A stretch of DNA of 64,000 nucleotides from an uncultured Verrucomicrobiae bacterium (GCA_963828525.1 CAWHEP010000010.1:160001-224000); one strand, 5' to 3'. Counted from the first letter of the stretch, positions 10,634-21,245 are shown. The notes: generated from the sequence alone by a model not told the origin. Made by a program: numbers and translations.

Positions 10634-11647
10634 ACGAAACGATTTATCGAAAAAATACGCGATCCCGCGCAAGCAAGGCTGTTCCTCGCCATCTTCGGCG
10701 GGAAAATCCTGGCCAGCAACAGGTGCCGCCGCGCCGGCTGCCGCCGCTCCAGCAGCTCCCGACGTGCCTAATCCGCCATACGTTAACCCTATTAACACAA
10801 TGTGGGTGCTCATCACGGCATTCCTGGTGTTTTTCATGCACGCGGGCTTCATGTTCCTTGAAGCTGGTTTTGCAAGAACCCGTGAGACCGTAAACGTGCT
10901 CCTGGAAGGCATCGTCGATACCTGTCTTTGCGGCATCCTGTTCTGGGCGTGGGGCTTCGCGTGGATGTTTTTGGGAGCCATCATCCTCTGGTCGGCTGGT
11001 ATGGCTTCAATCCGGGGAGCACGCTTTCCGCGATGGATTTCCAGGGCGTGGCGCGCGTCGCGACCAACACAACCCTCGCGGCCTGCGCTGGAGGTCTCGC
11101 CGGACTGCTGTTCGTTTACCCTCGTTCCAAGAAATGGGACTGCGGCATGACGCTCAACGGGCTTCTTGCCGGCCTCGTGGCAATCACCTGTCCCTGTTAC
11201 TGGGTCTCGCCATTCGGCGCGATCATGATCGGCCTTGTCGCAGGTGTGGTCGTGGTGCTTGGCACCGATCTTCTCGAGTTCCTGCGTATTGATGATCCCT
11301 GCGGGGCGTGGCCTGTTCATGGCCTCGCCGGCATGTGGGGCACCTGGAGTCTCGGCCTTTTCGCTACAGGCGAATACGGAGCTTCCACCCCCACAGGCGC
11401 GGACACGTCCGCGGCCTCATTGGTGAAAGGCCTCTTCTACGGTGGAGGCACCGATCAACTGGTGGCTCAGATTATCGGAAACTTGTCCATCGGCGTGGGC
11501 GTCTTCGTCGCCGCCATGGTGCTGATGTATGCCGTCAAGGCGACCGGCACTCTCAGGGTCTCCCAACAAGGCGAGGAAGAGGGTCTCGATATCCACGAAC
11601 ACGGTGGCGAAGCCTATCCAGAAGCGGTGACGTCCTCCAGGTCGTAA
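10634..11647 (+). pseudogene. amtB: Ammonium transporter AmtB, disrupted (ACG at presumed start, frameshifts, large internal deletion)
   Basis: FLVFFMHAGFMFLEAG, GWYGFNPGST, NGLLAGLVAIT, DDPCGAWPVHG, EEEGLDIHEHG in different frames; central helices (FQ..FA, DFAG..VH) absent. Confidence 0.85.
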
Positions 11648-11660
11648 CCAACACAAACTT

Positions 11661-11712
11661 CAGGTTTGGCCCCTTGCGGATTGTTAGTGGGTTTTCGCGA
11701 GGGGCCAGCCTG
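11661..11712 (+). other. Intercistronic stem-loop between amtB and glnK
   Basis: CAGGTTTGGCCCCTTGCG..CGCGAGGGGCCAGCCTG inverted repeat. Confidence 0.55.
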
Positions 11713-11721
11713 GACCGTTAA

Positions 11722-12078
<357 letters not shown>

Positions 12079-12093
12079 CGGCAACCAAGTCAT

Positions 12094-12130
12094 GGGAGCA
12101 GCGGGGCGCGATATGCTCCGCTGCTCCCTT
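12094..12130 (+). terminator. Hairpin terminator after glnK
   Basis: GGGAGCAGCGGGGC-loop-GCTCCGCTGCTCCC followed by a short TT tail. Confidence 0.55.
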
Positions 12131-12214
12131 CGCCGCGCTAAATCGTTCACCCGCGATTTGACGTTCTGTTCAAACGTCCCCACAGTCCCCCAAGTTGATT
12201 ACCTCGGACGTCAA

Positions 12215-14038
12215 TTGGATTTAGGCATAGGAGAAGGACACCGGCCCCGCAACGTGGGCTGGGCCCGCGCGGCCGCCCTTCTTTACGGCGATTGGGGCAC
12301 GAGCAAAGCCTATGTTCTGGGACTTGCCTTTGCTGTCGCTGGCTTCTCCTCGCTGCCGATCATCCTGGCAGTCTGCGCCCTTACAGGCCTGGTCGGCATA
12401 AACTACGCCGTCATTTGCTCCTATTTCCCCGATGGCGGGGGAGTCTATTCCGCCGCCCGTTCTCAAGGCCGCCTGCTGGCGGTGCTCGGCGCCCTTCTCC
12501 TGGTCGCCGATCTCACTGTCACCGCGGCTCTCAGCGGGTGGTCTGCCCTCAGCTACTTCAACGTTCCTTTCCTGAAGGAACATATTGTATTCTCCACGAT
12601 AGGTGTCCTCGTCTTTATGGGCTGGGTTAACTGGTATGGCCCGAAGCATAGCGGAGGTGTCGCGGTCATCCTCTCCGTGCCGACCGTGCTTGTCGTGTTG
12701 GTGCTCATTCTGGTCAGTCTCCCGCACCTTACCTTTGCGCATCTCGAACCCATGCGCGAGAAGCCCAGCTTGGTGTGGGTGCAGTTCGTCGGCACAATCC
12801 TCGCGCTGAGCGGCGTCGAGGCCATTGCAAACCTCACCGGTGTCATGAAGCTGGACCCTGGATCAACGAGCGCGAATCCCAAGGTTGGCCGTGAGGCTGC
12901 CAGGGCGATCTGGCCGGTGGCGGTTGAGGTCGTCGGAGGCACCGCCCTCCTTGGCTGGGCGATGCTTTCCCTGCCTAAAAGCCTGAAGGCCATCATGGTC
13001 GGCCGCACCGACGATATGCTTCGCCTCGTCGCCGAGCAGTTCGGCTCGATGACCATCTCACCCGGCTTCGGTCACGTGTTTGGCTGGATCGTCGGCGTCG
13101 TTTTTTTCCTGCTGCTCCTCAGCGCCGCCAATACCGCGATCGTCGCGATGATCGGCCTGCTTTACATGATGGCGAGAGACGAGGAAATGCCACGCCAGTT
13201 CAAGCGCTTGAACAAGCACGGCGTTCCTTTGGTGCCTCTTCTTATCTCCGTTATTCTTCCAATCATTGTCCTGACTTTCTCCGCCGATTTTCAGGCTCTC
13301 GCCGGACTGTACGCGATCGGCGTTGTCGGCGCGATCACCGTTAATCTTGGTTCATGCGCTTTTAATCGCGGCATTCCGTTCACATGGTACGATCGCGGCC
13401 TCTTCGCGGTGACCTTCGCGGTCCTCTTTGCCGTCGAACTCACCCTCGCCCGCACGAAACCTGACGCCCTTTTCTTCGTGCTTTGCGTTCTCGGCGTCGG
13501 TCTCGGTTTGCGCGCCTACACGCAGAAGATACAGGGTTTGACGACCCTCACTGTCACTCGCGAGGTGGCGCAGATGGTGAACGCGCAAACGATCGCGTCA
13601 TTGCGACCGGAGTTCCGGGAAGGCCAGAAGATCATGGTTGCCGCCCGCGGTATCACGCCGGTTCTCCGCTTTGCTCTGGACGAGGCTCAGCTCCGCGGAG
13701 CGATGCTCTTTGTTCTCTATGTAAAAGAGCTTGCCGTCTTCGCCCCCGCTGCGCTCCCGAGAGGCCGCTCCCGATGGCAGGATGACTCACACGCCGCCAC
13801 CATCATGTCGCTGATGGTTCAGATCGGGCAGGAACGCGGCATTAAAGTCGTGCCGGTGTATACCGTCAGCGATGACCCCTCGGCCACCATCCTTGATTTT
13901 TCCGCTACCTTCGGGATCGATTATCTGATGCTGGGGGCTTCGCACAGGATCTCCATGACGAAGCTTCTGAAGGGCAGTGTGGTGGAAACAGTCGCCGCGG
14001 GGCTGCCCGAGGAAATACAGTTGATTATCCATAGCTGA
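12215..14038 (+). CDS. APC-family amino acid permease with C-terminal universal stress protein domain (start uncertain, TTG chosen)
   Basis: YGDWGTSKAY, PDGGGVY, LSGVEAIAN, many TM helices; C-terminal LMLGASHR..LLKGSVVETV USP motif. Confidence 0.82.
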   Translation: MDLGIGEGHRPRNVGWARAAALLYGDWGTSKAYVLGLAFAVAGFSSLPIILAVCALTGLVGINYAVICSYFPDGGGVYSAARSQGRLLAVLGALLLVADLTVTAALSGWSALSYFNVPFLKEHIVFSTIGVLVFMGWVNWYGPKHSGGVAVILSVPTVLVVLVLILVSLPHLTFAHLEPMREKPSLVWVQFVGTILALSGVEAIANLTGVMKLDPGSTSANPKVGREAARAIWPVAVEVVGGTALLGWAMLSLPKSLKAIMVGRTDDMLRLVAEQFGSMTISPGFGHVFGWIVGVVFFLLLLSAANTAIVAMIGLLYMMARDEEMPRQFKRLNKHGVPLVPLLISVILPIIVLTFSADFQALAGLYAIGVVGAITVNLGSCAFNRGIPFTWYDRGLFAVTFAVLFAVELTLARTKPDALFFVLCVLGVGLGLRAYTQKIQGLTTLTVTREVAQMVNAQTIASLRPEFREGQKIMVAARGITPVLRFALDEAQLRGAMLFVLYVKELAVFAPAALPRGRSRWQDDSHAATIMSLMVQIGQERGIKVVPVYTVSDDPSATILDFSATFGIDYLMLGASHRISMTKLLKGSVVETVAAGLPEEIQLIIHS

Positions 14039-14122
14039 ATCCGTCTTCCGCATGGACGCGCGAGTAATCCCGGCCTATTCCGCATTGATACGCGCCCAAA
14101 CTCCCGTTACATCTCCTCACCT

Positions 14123-14855
14123 ATGGGACGTCAATGGCTCCATGCAAAACGCGAAGTCGCCGGCCTCAAGAAAGGCCAGCTCGTCGGTAAACTCGTTAAA
14201 GAAATGATGGTCGCCGCCAAGCTGGGCGGCCCGGACATCGATGGCAACGCCCGCCTCTTTGCCGCGGTCGAAAAAGCCCGCCGCGCGAGTGTCAGTCGAG
14301 ACGTGATAGAGCGAGCCATCAAAAAAGGAGCCGGCATCGGGGGCGAAAAGCTCGTCCTCGACCACCTGGTCTTCGAAGGCTACGCCCCGCACAAGGTGCC
14401 CGTGATTGTCGAAGTCCTCACGGACAATAACAATCGCACCGCGCCGGAAATTCGCGTCTTGTTCAAGCGCGGACAGCTCGGCGCCGCCGGGAAGCAACAA
14501 ATTCCTCTTCGATCATGTAGGCCTGGTTGAGGCGCACCACGCCGATAGCAACGTTGATCTCGAGACAGCCGCCATCGAGGCCGGCGCAAACGATTTTAGC
14601 CCTCTGTCCCATGTGGAGAATGACGACATCCCGGCGGATCGCGTCGGCGCTCGCTTCGTCACAGATCGCGCGGCCTGCGCCGCCGTTTCGAAATGGCTCG
14701 CCGCAAACGGCTGGACTGTTGTCACTAGCGAGCTTGGCTACACAGCCAAGCAGTTCCCCTCCCTCTCTGACGAAGATCGCGCCGATGTCGGCGAGTTCCT
14801 GCAAATTCTCGACGATCACGATGATGTGCATCGCGTCTGGGCCGCGCTCAAATAA
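14123..14855 (+). CDS. yebC: YebC/PmpR family protein, frameshift near 14490
   Basis: MGRQW..GGPD..NARL, FEGYAP..VEVLTDNNNRT; second frame ends DDHDDVHRVW. Confidence 0.88.
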
Positions 14856-14977
14856 GAGCATTGATCCCGGCCTCCGCGCCACCGGGTAGAGATTCGCCGC
14901 TTCCGCGCTACTCTTCTCCGCCTTGACTTCCCCCGCGTCGAATTTAACATTACGCCCTTTCCGGTTTGCTCTATTTG

Positions 14978-15973
14978 ATGCGTCTATTCCTCACTACCTG
15001 CCTCCTGCTCTGCTCCGTTTGCGGGCTCCTTGCTGTCGAGCACGCCGCCAACAGCACATCTCCAAAGACCAAGGATGCTACAGCCGTCCTCGATGGCATG
15101 GCCGCGGTCGTGAACGGCGACGTCGTCACCTTCTCTCAGGTTCGCGATATCGTTGAACAGCGTGAGAAGGCTCTTCGCAGCCAGTACAAGGGCCAGGAGC
15201 TCATCGACAAGATCAAGCAAGTCCGTCTTGACGCCGTTAACGACCTCATAGATCGCCAGCTCATCCTGCAGGAATTTCGGAAGAACAAATTCGCAATCCC
15301 CGACTACATCGTGGACGAGCAGGTTCAGGGCATTATTCGCAACGATTTTGGCGGCAACCGCGCTGCTTTCATGCGCACGCTCGAGGCACAAGGCTACACG
15401 CTGGACAAAGTGCGGAACAACGAGCGGGAGAAAGTCATTGTTCAGGCGATGAGCCAGAAAAATGCGCAGTCAAACCTCATTATCCCTCCCCATAAAGTCG
15501 AGGAGTATTACCACGCTCATCGGGATGCGTACACCTCGCAGGAGCAGGTCCATCTCAGGATGATCGTCATCAAGAAGGACTCCACAAATCTTGCCGAGAG
15601 CAGCCTCAAGATGGCTGAAGAGATTCGCCAGAAGATCGAAGCGGGAGCGGACTTCGCGAAAATGGCGGAAATGTATTCCGAGGATAGCGCTCAGGGCGCT
15701 GGCGGCGATTGGGGCTGGATCGACCATCACACGCTTAACGATACCCTCAACAAGACAGCCTTCTCCTTGAAAGCCGGCAAAGTCAGCCATCCCATCGAAA
15801 TGGAAGGCAATGTTTACCTCCTTTTCTGCGAAGCCCGGAAGGAAGCAACGACCAAACCCCTCTCCGCTGTTCGTGACGATATCGAGAAACAACTCATTAT
15901 GGATCAGCGTCAGGAGCTTCGTCAAAAGTGGCTGGCCGGTCTTCGCAAAAAAGCTTACATAAAGATCTACTAA
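14978..15973 (+). CDS. SurA-like parvulin peptidyl-prolyl isomerase
   Basis: Signal peptide, AAVVNGDVVT, FAKMAEMYSED..GGDWGW; upstream of pdxA. Confidence 0.85.
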   Translation: MRLFLTTCLLLCSVCGLLAVEHAANSTSPKTKDATAVLDGMAAVVNGDVVTFSQVRDIVEQREKALRSQYKGQELIDKIKQVRLDAVNDLIDRQLILQEFRKNKFAIPDYIVDEQVQGIIRNDFGGNRAAFMRTLEAQGYTLDKVRNNEREKVIVQAMSQKNAQSNLIIPPHKVEEYYHAHRDAYTSQEQVHLRMIVIKKDSTNLAESSLKMAEEIRQKIEAGADFAKMAEMYSEDSAQGAGGDWGWIDHHTLNDTLNKTAFSLKAGKVSHPIEMEGNVYLLFCEARKEATTKPLSAVRDDIEKQLIMDQRQELRQKWLAGLRKKAYIKIY

Positions 15974-15997
15974 CCGGGCAGTCCCGGTTGCGCGTTT

Positions 15998-16888
15998 GTG
16001 ATCCCCTCCATCGCCATCACCCTCGGTGATGCGGCGGGCATTGGCCCCGAGATCGTCTCCGCTGCTCTTGCCTCCGGCCACTTAAACCCCAACTTCTCTT
16101 ACCGGGTTCTTGGCGACTGTCAGGGCGTTATTCCCGGCCAGCCGACACCCGACACCGCCCGCGGCGCTCTCCTCGCTCTTGAGCAGTCCGCCCTCCTCGC
16201 CAATTCGGGCGAAGTCGCCGCCGTTGCCACCGGCCCCATCCACAAGGCCCGCATGCGAGAGATTGGGTTCCCTTTTCCTGGCCAGACGGAATTCTTCGCC
16301 GCGCGCTCCAACACCTCCGACTTCGCCATGCTTCTCGCAGGCGGCGGTCTTACTGTCGCGCTCGTCACTGCCCACCTTCCCCTTCGCCTCGTCCCCTCCA
16401 GCCTCCTCCAGCCCGAGATCGTCAGGGTCGGTTGCCTCCTTGCAGGTCATCTTTTTGCCTGTGGCATCGCGTTGCCCCGCGTCGCCGTCGCTGGCCTCAA
16501 CCCCCACGCCGGGGAATCCGGTCTCCTCGGCGACGAAGAACAAACGATCATCGCCCCAGCCATCGCTCAACTCTCCACCTTATGGCAGTCCCGCGTCACT
16601 TTTGCCGGTCCGCTTTCCCCGGACACAGTATTCCATCGCGCCAACCTGGGAGAGTTTGACGCCGTCCTCTGCATGTATCACGACCAAGGTCTTATTCCCC
16701 TCAAGCTCCTTGGCTTCGATTCCGGCGTAAACGTCACACTCGGACTCCCCTTCATCCGAACCAGCCCAGATCACGGCACCGCCTTCGAGATTGCCGGCCG
16801 GGCAATCGCCTCCCCCGCCAGCATGATCGCCGCCATAAACCTCGCCGCCACCCTCGCCCTTGCTAAACCGGGTAGAGGGCGTCCGTGA
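15998..16888 (+). CDS. pdxA: 4-hydroxythreonine-4-phosphate dehydrogenase
   Basis: GDAAGIGPE, GLNPHAGE, MYHDQGLIP, RTSPDHGTAF. Confidence 0.95.
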   Translation: MIPSIAITLGDAAGIGPEIVSAALASGHLNPNFSYRVLGDCQGVIPGQPTPDTARGALLALEQSALLANSGEVAAVATGPIHKARMREIGFPFPGQTEFFAARSNTSDFAMLLAGGGLTVALVTAHLPLRLVPSSLLQPEIVRVGCLLAGHLFACGIALPRVAVAGLNPHAGESGLLGDEEQTIIAPAIAQLSTLWQSRVTFAGPLSPDTVFHRANLGEFDAVLCMYHDQGLIPLKLLGFDSGVNVTLGLPFIRTSPDHGTAFEIAGRAIASPASMIAAINLAATLALAKPGRGRP

Positions 16889-16934
16889 CTCTAGACTCAT
16901 CCACTCTATTTCTTAAATCCAAGCCCTAGCTTGG

Positions 16935-16976
16935 AACCACACTTTACTTTTAGACGTCTTAAAGTAAAGTGTGGTT
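16935..16976. repeat. 42-bp near-perfect palindrome immediately upstream of the AAA+/DUF4143 gene
   Basis: AACCACACTTTACTTT-T-AGACGTCT-T-AAAGTAAAGTGTGGTT, one T/T mismatch. Confidence 0.92.
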
Positions 16977-16978
16977 TC

Positions 16979-18139
16979 ATGATTGAACGACCTTTTTGGT
17001 TGTGCCGGTTGAACGACGCGTGGGAACAGGCGCCCATTGTTTGGCTGACCGGCCCCCGTCGTATCGGCAAGACCGTGCTCGCCCGGAGCCTTCCCGATTC
17101 CGAATTCCTGAATTGCGATCTTCCAAGCGTCGCGGAGCGCCTCTCCGATCCGGAAAGCTTTTACAGATCCGTCGGAAAACCTGTCGTCGTCTTCGACGAG
17201 GTGCATCAGCTCCCCGATCCGAGCCGCGTGTTGAAGATCGGGGCGGACGGTTTTCCGAAATTGAGAATCCTGGCGACTGGCTCGTCCACGCTTGCGGCGA
17301 CTCAAAAGTTCCGCGACAGCCTTACAGGGCGCAAACGGGTCGTAGAGATTGTCCCCGTGTTGCACGAGGAGTTGCCGGCCTTTGGTGTCACCGATTTGCG
17401 GGATCGTCTGTTGCGTGGGGGGCTGCCTCCGGCCCTGCTTGCGCAAAGGCACGAGCCTGAGTTTTACGCGGAGTGGGTGGATTCCTACTTCGCGCGGGAC
17501 GTGCAGGAACTCTTTCGATTGGAGAAGCGCTCGGGATTTCTGCGGGTTCTGGAAATCCTGATGCGGCAAAGCGGAGGAATGCTGGATGTGACAAAGCTGG
17601 CGGCGGAGAGTCAGATCAGCAGGCCCACCGTCACCAACTGGCTGGAAGTATATCAGATCACGCATGTCATTCATTTGGTAAGACCGTTTTCCGCTGGGGG
17701 ACGTCGTGAGATCACCGCGCAACCGAAGGTGTTCGGATTCGACACCGGCATGGTGTGCCACACCCGTGGATGGGATCAATTGCGCGCCGAGGACTGCGGA
17801 GTGCTGTGGGAGCACCTTGTGCTCGATGCGATGATCGCCGCCGCCCTGCCAGCTATATATTTCTGGCGCGACAAACAACAGCGCGAGGTGGACTTCGTAG
17901 CCCCGCGCGGCCGTGATTCTGTGGATGCCATTGAATGCAAATGGCGTCCCGCTGCCTTTGAGACGCGCGGCCTCAAGGGGTTCCGCGAACAATATCCTAA
18001 GGGGAATAACTACGTCGTCTCCCCATTGAATTCCCCGGCATACGAAAAGATCATGGACGGACTGAAAGTGACGTTTGCAAGCCCCACCGAACTACGCAAC
18101 GCGCTCTCGAGATCTTCTACGCGGCCTGAGTTTGACTGA
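16979..18139 (+). CDS. AAA_14 ATPase with wHTH and DUF4143/PD-(D/E)xK-like C-terminus
   Basis: GPRRIGKT Walker A, FDEVH Walker B, ATGSS, LTGR, RGGLP, AQPKVFGFDTG, EVDF..IECK. Confidence 0.88.
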   Translation: MIERPFWLCRLNDAWEQAPIVWLTGPRRIGKTVLARSLPDSEFLNCDLPSVAERLSDPESFYRSVGKPVVVFDEVHQLPDPSRVLKIGADGFPKLRILATGSSTLAATQKFRDSLTGRKRVVEIVPVLHEELPAFGVTDLRDRLLRGGLPPALLAQRHEPEFYAEWVDSYFARDVQELFRLEKRSGFLRVLEILMRQSGGMLDVTKLAAESQISRPTVTNWLEVYQITHVIHLVRPFSAGGRREITAQPKVFGFDTGMVCHTRGWDQLRAEDCGVLWEHLVLDAMIAAALPAIYFWRDKQQREVDFVAPRGRDSVDAIECKWRPAAFETRGLKGFREQYPKGNNYVVSPLNSPAYEKIMDGLKVTFASPTELRNALSRSSTRPEFD

Positions 18140-18141
18140 AA

Positions 18142-18165
18142 GTGCTGCAAGGCTCGTTGCAGCGC
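18142..18165 (+). terminator. Hairpin after AAA+ gene
   Basis: GTGCTGCAA-GGCTCG-TTGCAGCGC; no clear U-tract. Confidence 0.35.
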
Positions 18166-18310
18166 GCCTTCCCTGCGTCTCTACGTCAAATTCCCTGCCT
18201 CTGCGTTTAAATGATCGTTTTCCCTTGCGCGTGGCCTCAAACGCGTCTAAATAGCGCCCTCCATTTTTTCATGCTTCCGTGGAATTCGAAGTGCTCTCCC
18301 CCTTTAGTAT

Positions 18311-18940
18311 ATGACCAAGCCAAAAAAAGATAAGGCAGCCGCCGCCAACGACATTAATGTCAGCCCCGCGCCCCGAGCAAAGGCTAACGGCGTGCCTCCT
18401 CCCTTTAAAATCGAGGAGGGCAACCACGACAGCACGGCCATTCTCGCTCACAAGAAGCACGACGACTCTGCCCTCACCCCCTTCCTCAAGAAACAGCAGG
18501 AACGCCTCCTCCAGTTGCGCGACGGGATGCTCGACTCCATGATGGGCGTGGCGAAGGATAACCTCCGCTCTCGCGCTGAGGGCAGCGAAGCCTCCGCCTT
18601 CGGCATGCACCAGGCCGATGCCGGCAGCGATGCCTATGACCGCGACTTCGCTCTCAGCCTTCTTTCCCAGGAGCAGGACGCGCTTTACGAGATCGATGAA
18701 GCGCTGAAGCGGGTTGACCTCGGCACCTACGGCGTTTGCGAGATGTCAGGCAAACCCATCCCTCATGCCCGCCTCGAAGCTATCCCGTTTGCCCGCCTCA
18801 CCGTCGAGTGCCAGTCCCAGATCGAAAAACAGCGGAAAATGACCCGCACGCGCCAGCCTGTCACGTCGCTCTTTGGATTGACAGACGATGAAGGGGGCGA
18901 TACCGAAGAGGAAGAAACGCCTCCAGACACCAAGGAATAA
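18311..18940 (+). CDS. dksA: DksA/TraR family transcription factor (2-Cys)
   Basis: [13 protein letters not shown] coiled-coil tip, [41 protein letters not shown]. Confidence 0.85.
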   Translation: MTKPKKDKAAAANDINVSPAPRAKANGVPPPFKIEEGNHDSTAILAHKKHDDSALTPFLKKQQERLLQLRDGMLDSMMGVAKDNLRSRAEGSEASAFGMHQADAGSDAYDRDFALSLLSQEQDALYEIDEALKRVDLGTYGVCEMSGKPIPHARLEAIPFARLTVECQSQIEKQRKMTRTRQPVTSLFGLTDDEGGDTEEEETPPDTKE

Positions 18941-18945
18941 ATATC

Positions 18946-19119
18946 ATGGCCAGAGAAAATGTTACACTGGAATGCACGGAAGCCAAAGCCGCTGGAGTCC
19001 CCGTCTCGCGCTATATCACCACGCGCAACAAGAAGAGCCCCAACACGCCGAACCGGCTCGAGAAGAAAAAGTATAACCCACACATGCGGCGTCATACCCT
19101 TCACCGCGAAATCAAGTAG
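18946..19119 (+). CDS. rpmG: 50S ribosomal protein L33 (57 aa, absent from ORF track)
   Basis: Hand translation [57 protein letters not shown]; directly upstream of rpsR. Confidence 0.93.
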   Translation: MARENVTLECTEAKAAGVPVSRYITTRNKKSPNTPNRLEKKKYNPHMRRHTLHREIK

Positions 19120-19121
19120 CC

Positions 19122-19361
19122 ATGGAACCGAAAACAGCCAAACGCCGCTCCGCCTTTCGCCGTGCCAACCGCATCATGCCTCGCAGGAGGATCGACATCT
19201 CTCTGGAGGCGATCGATTACAAAAATCCTGACCTTCTGAAAAAGTTCGTCACTGAGAGCGGCAAGATCCTGCCCCGTCGCGTCACCGGCATGCCCGCCCA
19301 CCTTCATCGCCGTATCACCCGCGAGATCAAGCGCAGCAGGTCCGTCCTGCTCATGAAGTAG
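19122..19361 (+). CDS. rpsR: 30S ribosomal protein S18
   Basis: [31 protein letters not shown]. Confidence 0.95.
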   Translation: MEPKTAKRRSAFRRANRIMPRRRIDISLEAIDYKNPDLLKKFVTESGKILPRRVTGMPAHLHRRITREIKRSRSVLLMK

Positions 19362-19399
19362 GGTCGGAGTCTTCCCGCGGGAAGAGAACCGCGTCAGCC

Positions 19400-20296
19400 G
19401 TGCGCGAAGAAATTGAGGAATTCATTCTCTTCCTCGCGACCGAGCGTGGGCTCTCGGACAGTTATCAGCTTTCCACACGGCGCTCTCTTGAAAATTTTGC
19501 CGATTGGCTTTCGCGGGCCCGGCAGATCGTCGAACCTCGCGCCGTCACCCTGGAAACCATCGGGGACTACCTTGCGGATTGCAAAAAGAGCGGCCTGGCT
19601 GCCGCCTCGATCAAGCTGATCGTCATTGCTCTTAAGATTTTCTTCCGCTTTCTGTTGGCGCGTCAAAAGATCGAGACCAGTCCCGCTGAAATCCTCCCCC
19701 TGCCTCGCATCGAGCGCTACCTGCCGCGGACGCTGAATGAAATCCAGGTCGAAGCCCTCCTCGCCGCGGCGGTCACAAACCACCAGCTCGGCTTCCGCAA
19801 CCGGGCGATCCTCGAACTTCTATACGCAAGCGGTCTCCGAATCTCAGAACTCACCAATGCGCGCATGGAGAACCTCAACCTCGATGACCGGGTCATCCGC
19901 GTCACAGGGAAGGGCAATAAGACGCGCATCGTTCCCGTTGGTCGCAAAGCATGCGACGCCATCAACGCCTACCTCGAGAAAGAACGTCCCGGCCTTGTGC
20001 GTCCTCGCACAACCAGCCACCTGTTTCTGTCCATTCGCGGCGGCAAACTTACCACCGTTCGCGTTTGGCAGATCGTCCGCAAGATCGCCCGCCTCGCGAG
20101 CCTGGACGTTCATCCCCACCTCCTCCGTCACTCCTTTGCCACCCACCTTCTTTCAAATGGCGCGGACCTTCGGGTCATCCAGGAAATGCTTGGCCACGCC
20201 GACATTTCCACCACCCAAATCTATACCCATGTGGATCAGAACAGGCTCAAGGCCGTTCATCATAAGTTTCACCCCCGGGGCCAGTCGAGAAACTGA
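19400..20296 (+). CDS. xerD: Tyrosine recombinase XerD/XerC
   Basis: LLYASGLRISEL, GKGNKTR, HPHLLRHSFATHLL..GADLRVIQEMLGHADISTTQIYTH, HPR. Confidence 0.88.
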   Translation: MREEIEEFILFLATERGLSDSYQLSTRRSLENFADWLSRARQIVEPRAVTLETIGDYLADCKKSGLAAASIKLIVIALKIFFRFLLARQKIETSPAEILPLPRIERYLPRTLNEIQVEALLAAAVTNHQLGFRNRAILELLYASGLRISELTNARMENLNLDDRVIRVTGKGNKTRIVPVGRKACDAINAYLEKERPGLVRPRTTSHLFLSIRGGKLTTVRVWQIVRKIARLASLDVHPHLLRHSFATHLLSNGADLRVIQEMLGHADISTTQIYTHVDQNRLKAVHHKFHPRGQSRN

Positions 20297-20335
20297 GATA
20301 TGTCCCGCCGCCGTCTGTGACGACGCCGTTTTCCT

Positions 20336-21152
20336 TTACTGCCCCGGCGCTTCCAGCCGCTTTAACGTCATCGCTTCCATCCGGTCGATGCGCCCCTTTA
20401 AATTTCCGTCCAACTCGCGCATCTTTCCGTATAGCGCTTTGTAGTACGCCCTGGACGCCTTTCGCTGGTCTTCCACTGTCTCAGCCGCGTCTGCCTTATC
20501 CCTCATCGCCTGGATTTTCTGGTCTCCCATCGCCTTTGTCTTGATGTCATTGTACTGCGCTCGCTCTTTGGCATCCTGATCCGCGAGGGAAACTTCCTGC
20601 TTCGGACTCTCCGAGGGCGCCGGCACGAAAGGATTTTGCTCGTTCAGCGGTGAATGCGCCACCCCGTCCCCCTGCGTCTTTTCACTAGCTTTTTGCCGCT
20701 GGGCTCTCTCCTGGCGCCGGACTGGGGGCGGCATGTGGATGATGGCGGCGCCAGCTCCGCGATTTCGGCTTTGGCGTCGCCGCCGGTGTTTCCTGACCCG
20801 CCGGAGACGCGGAGGGAGTCACCGTGGGCTCCGGCTTCGCATGCCCCTTCCCCTTTGCTTTAGGCGTGGGAGACGGCTCAGGCGTGACTTCCGGGCTTGG
20901 CGAGGGAGACACAGCCGCTCCTGTTACGTGTTTGTGCTTCCGGCTCCTTTTCGAGCGCGATGGGGTGGCAGAGGGCGCGGGCGTCACTGCCGCAGTGGGA
21001 GAAGGTTGCGCCTTCCCTCCGAACAACCGATGCGCGAGCGTGTCTCTTTTTCTCACAACCGGCGTTGCGCCTGGCGTCGGCGCGGCGTCCTGGCCGGAAG
21101 CTGCCGCGTTGAGCCAGATGGCGAGCAAGGGAAGAATTAGCGCTTTTTTCAT
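20336..21152 (-). CDS. Secreted Pro/Ser/Thr-rich hypothetical protein with helical C-terminus, frameshift near 20700-20735
   Basis: MKKALILPLLAIW signal, low-complexity linker, second ORF supplies C-terminal helix (ASRAYYKALYGKMRELD). Confidence 0.6.
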
Positions 21153-21245
21153 ACGGGCCGGATCATGTTCAGCTTGTTATCATACCCTTCCTCTGTCGAT
21201 ATTTAAAGCCTGTCAGAGCCTCCGCGCCGAATTCGCTATCAGATT

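Noticed and set aside
19400..20296. Tyrosine recombinase as a prophage or island integrase
   Set aside because: 298-aa XerC/D-type sequence among housekeeping genes with host-like composition and no cargo
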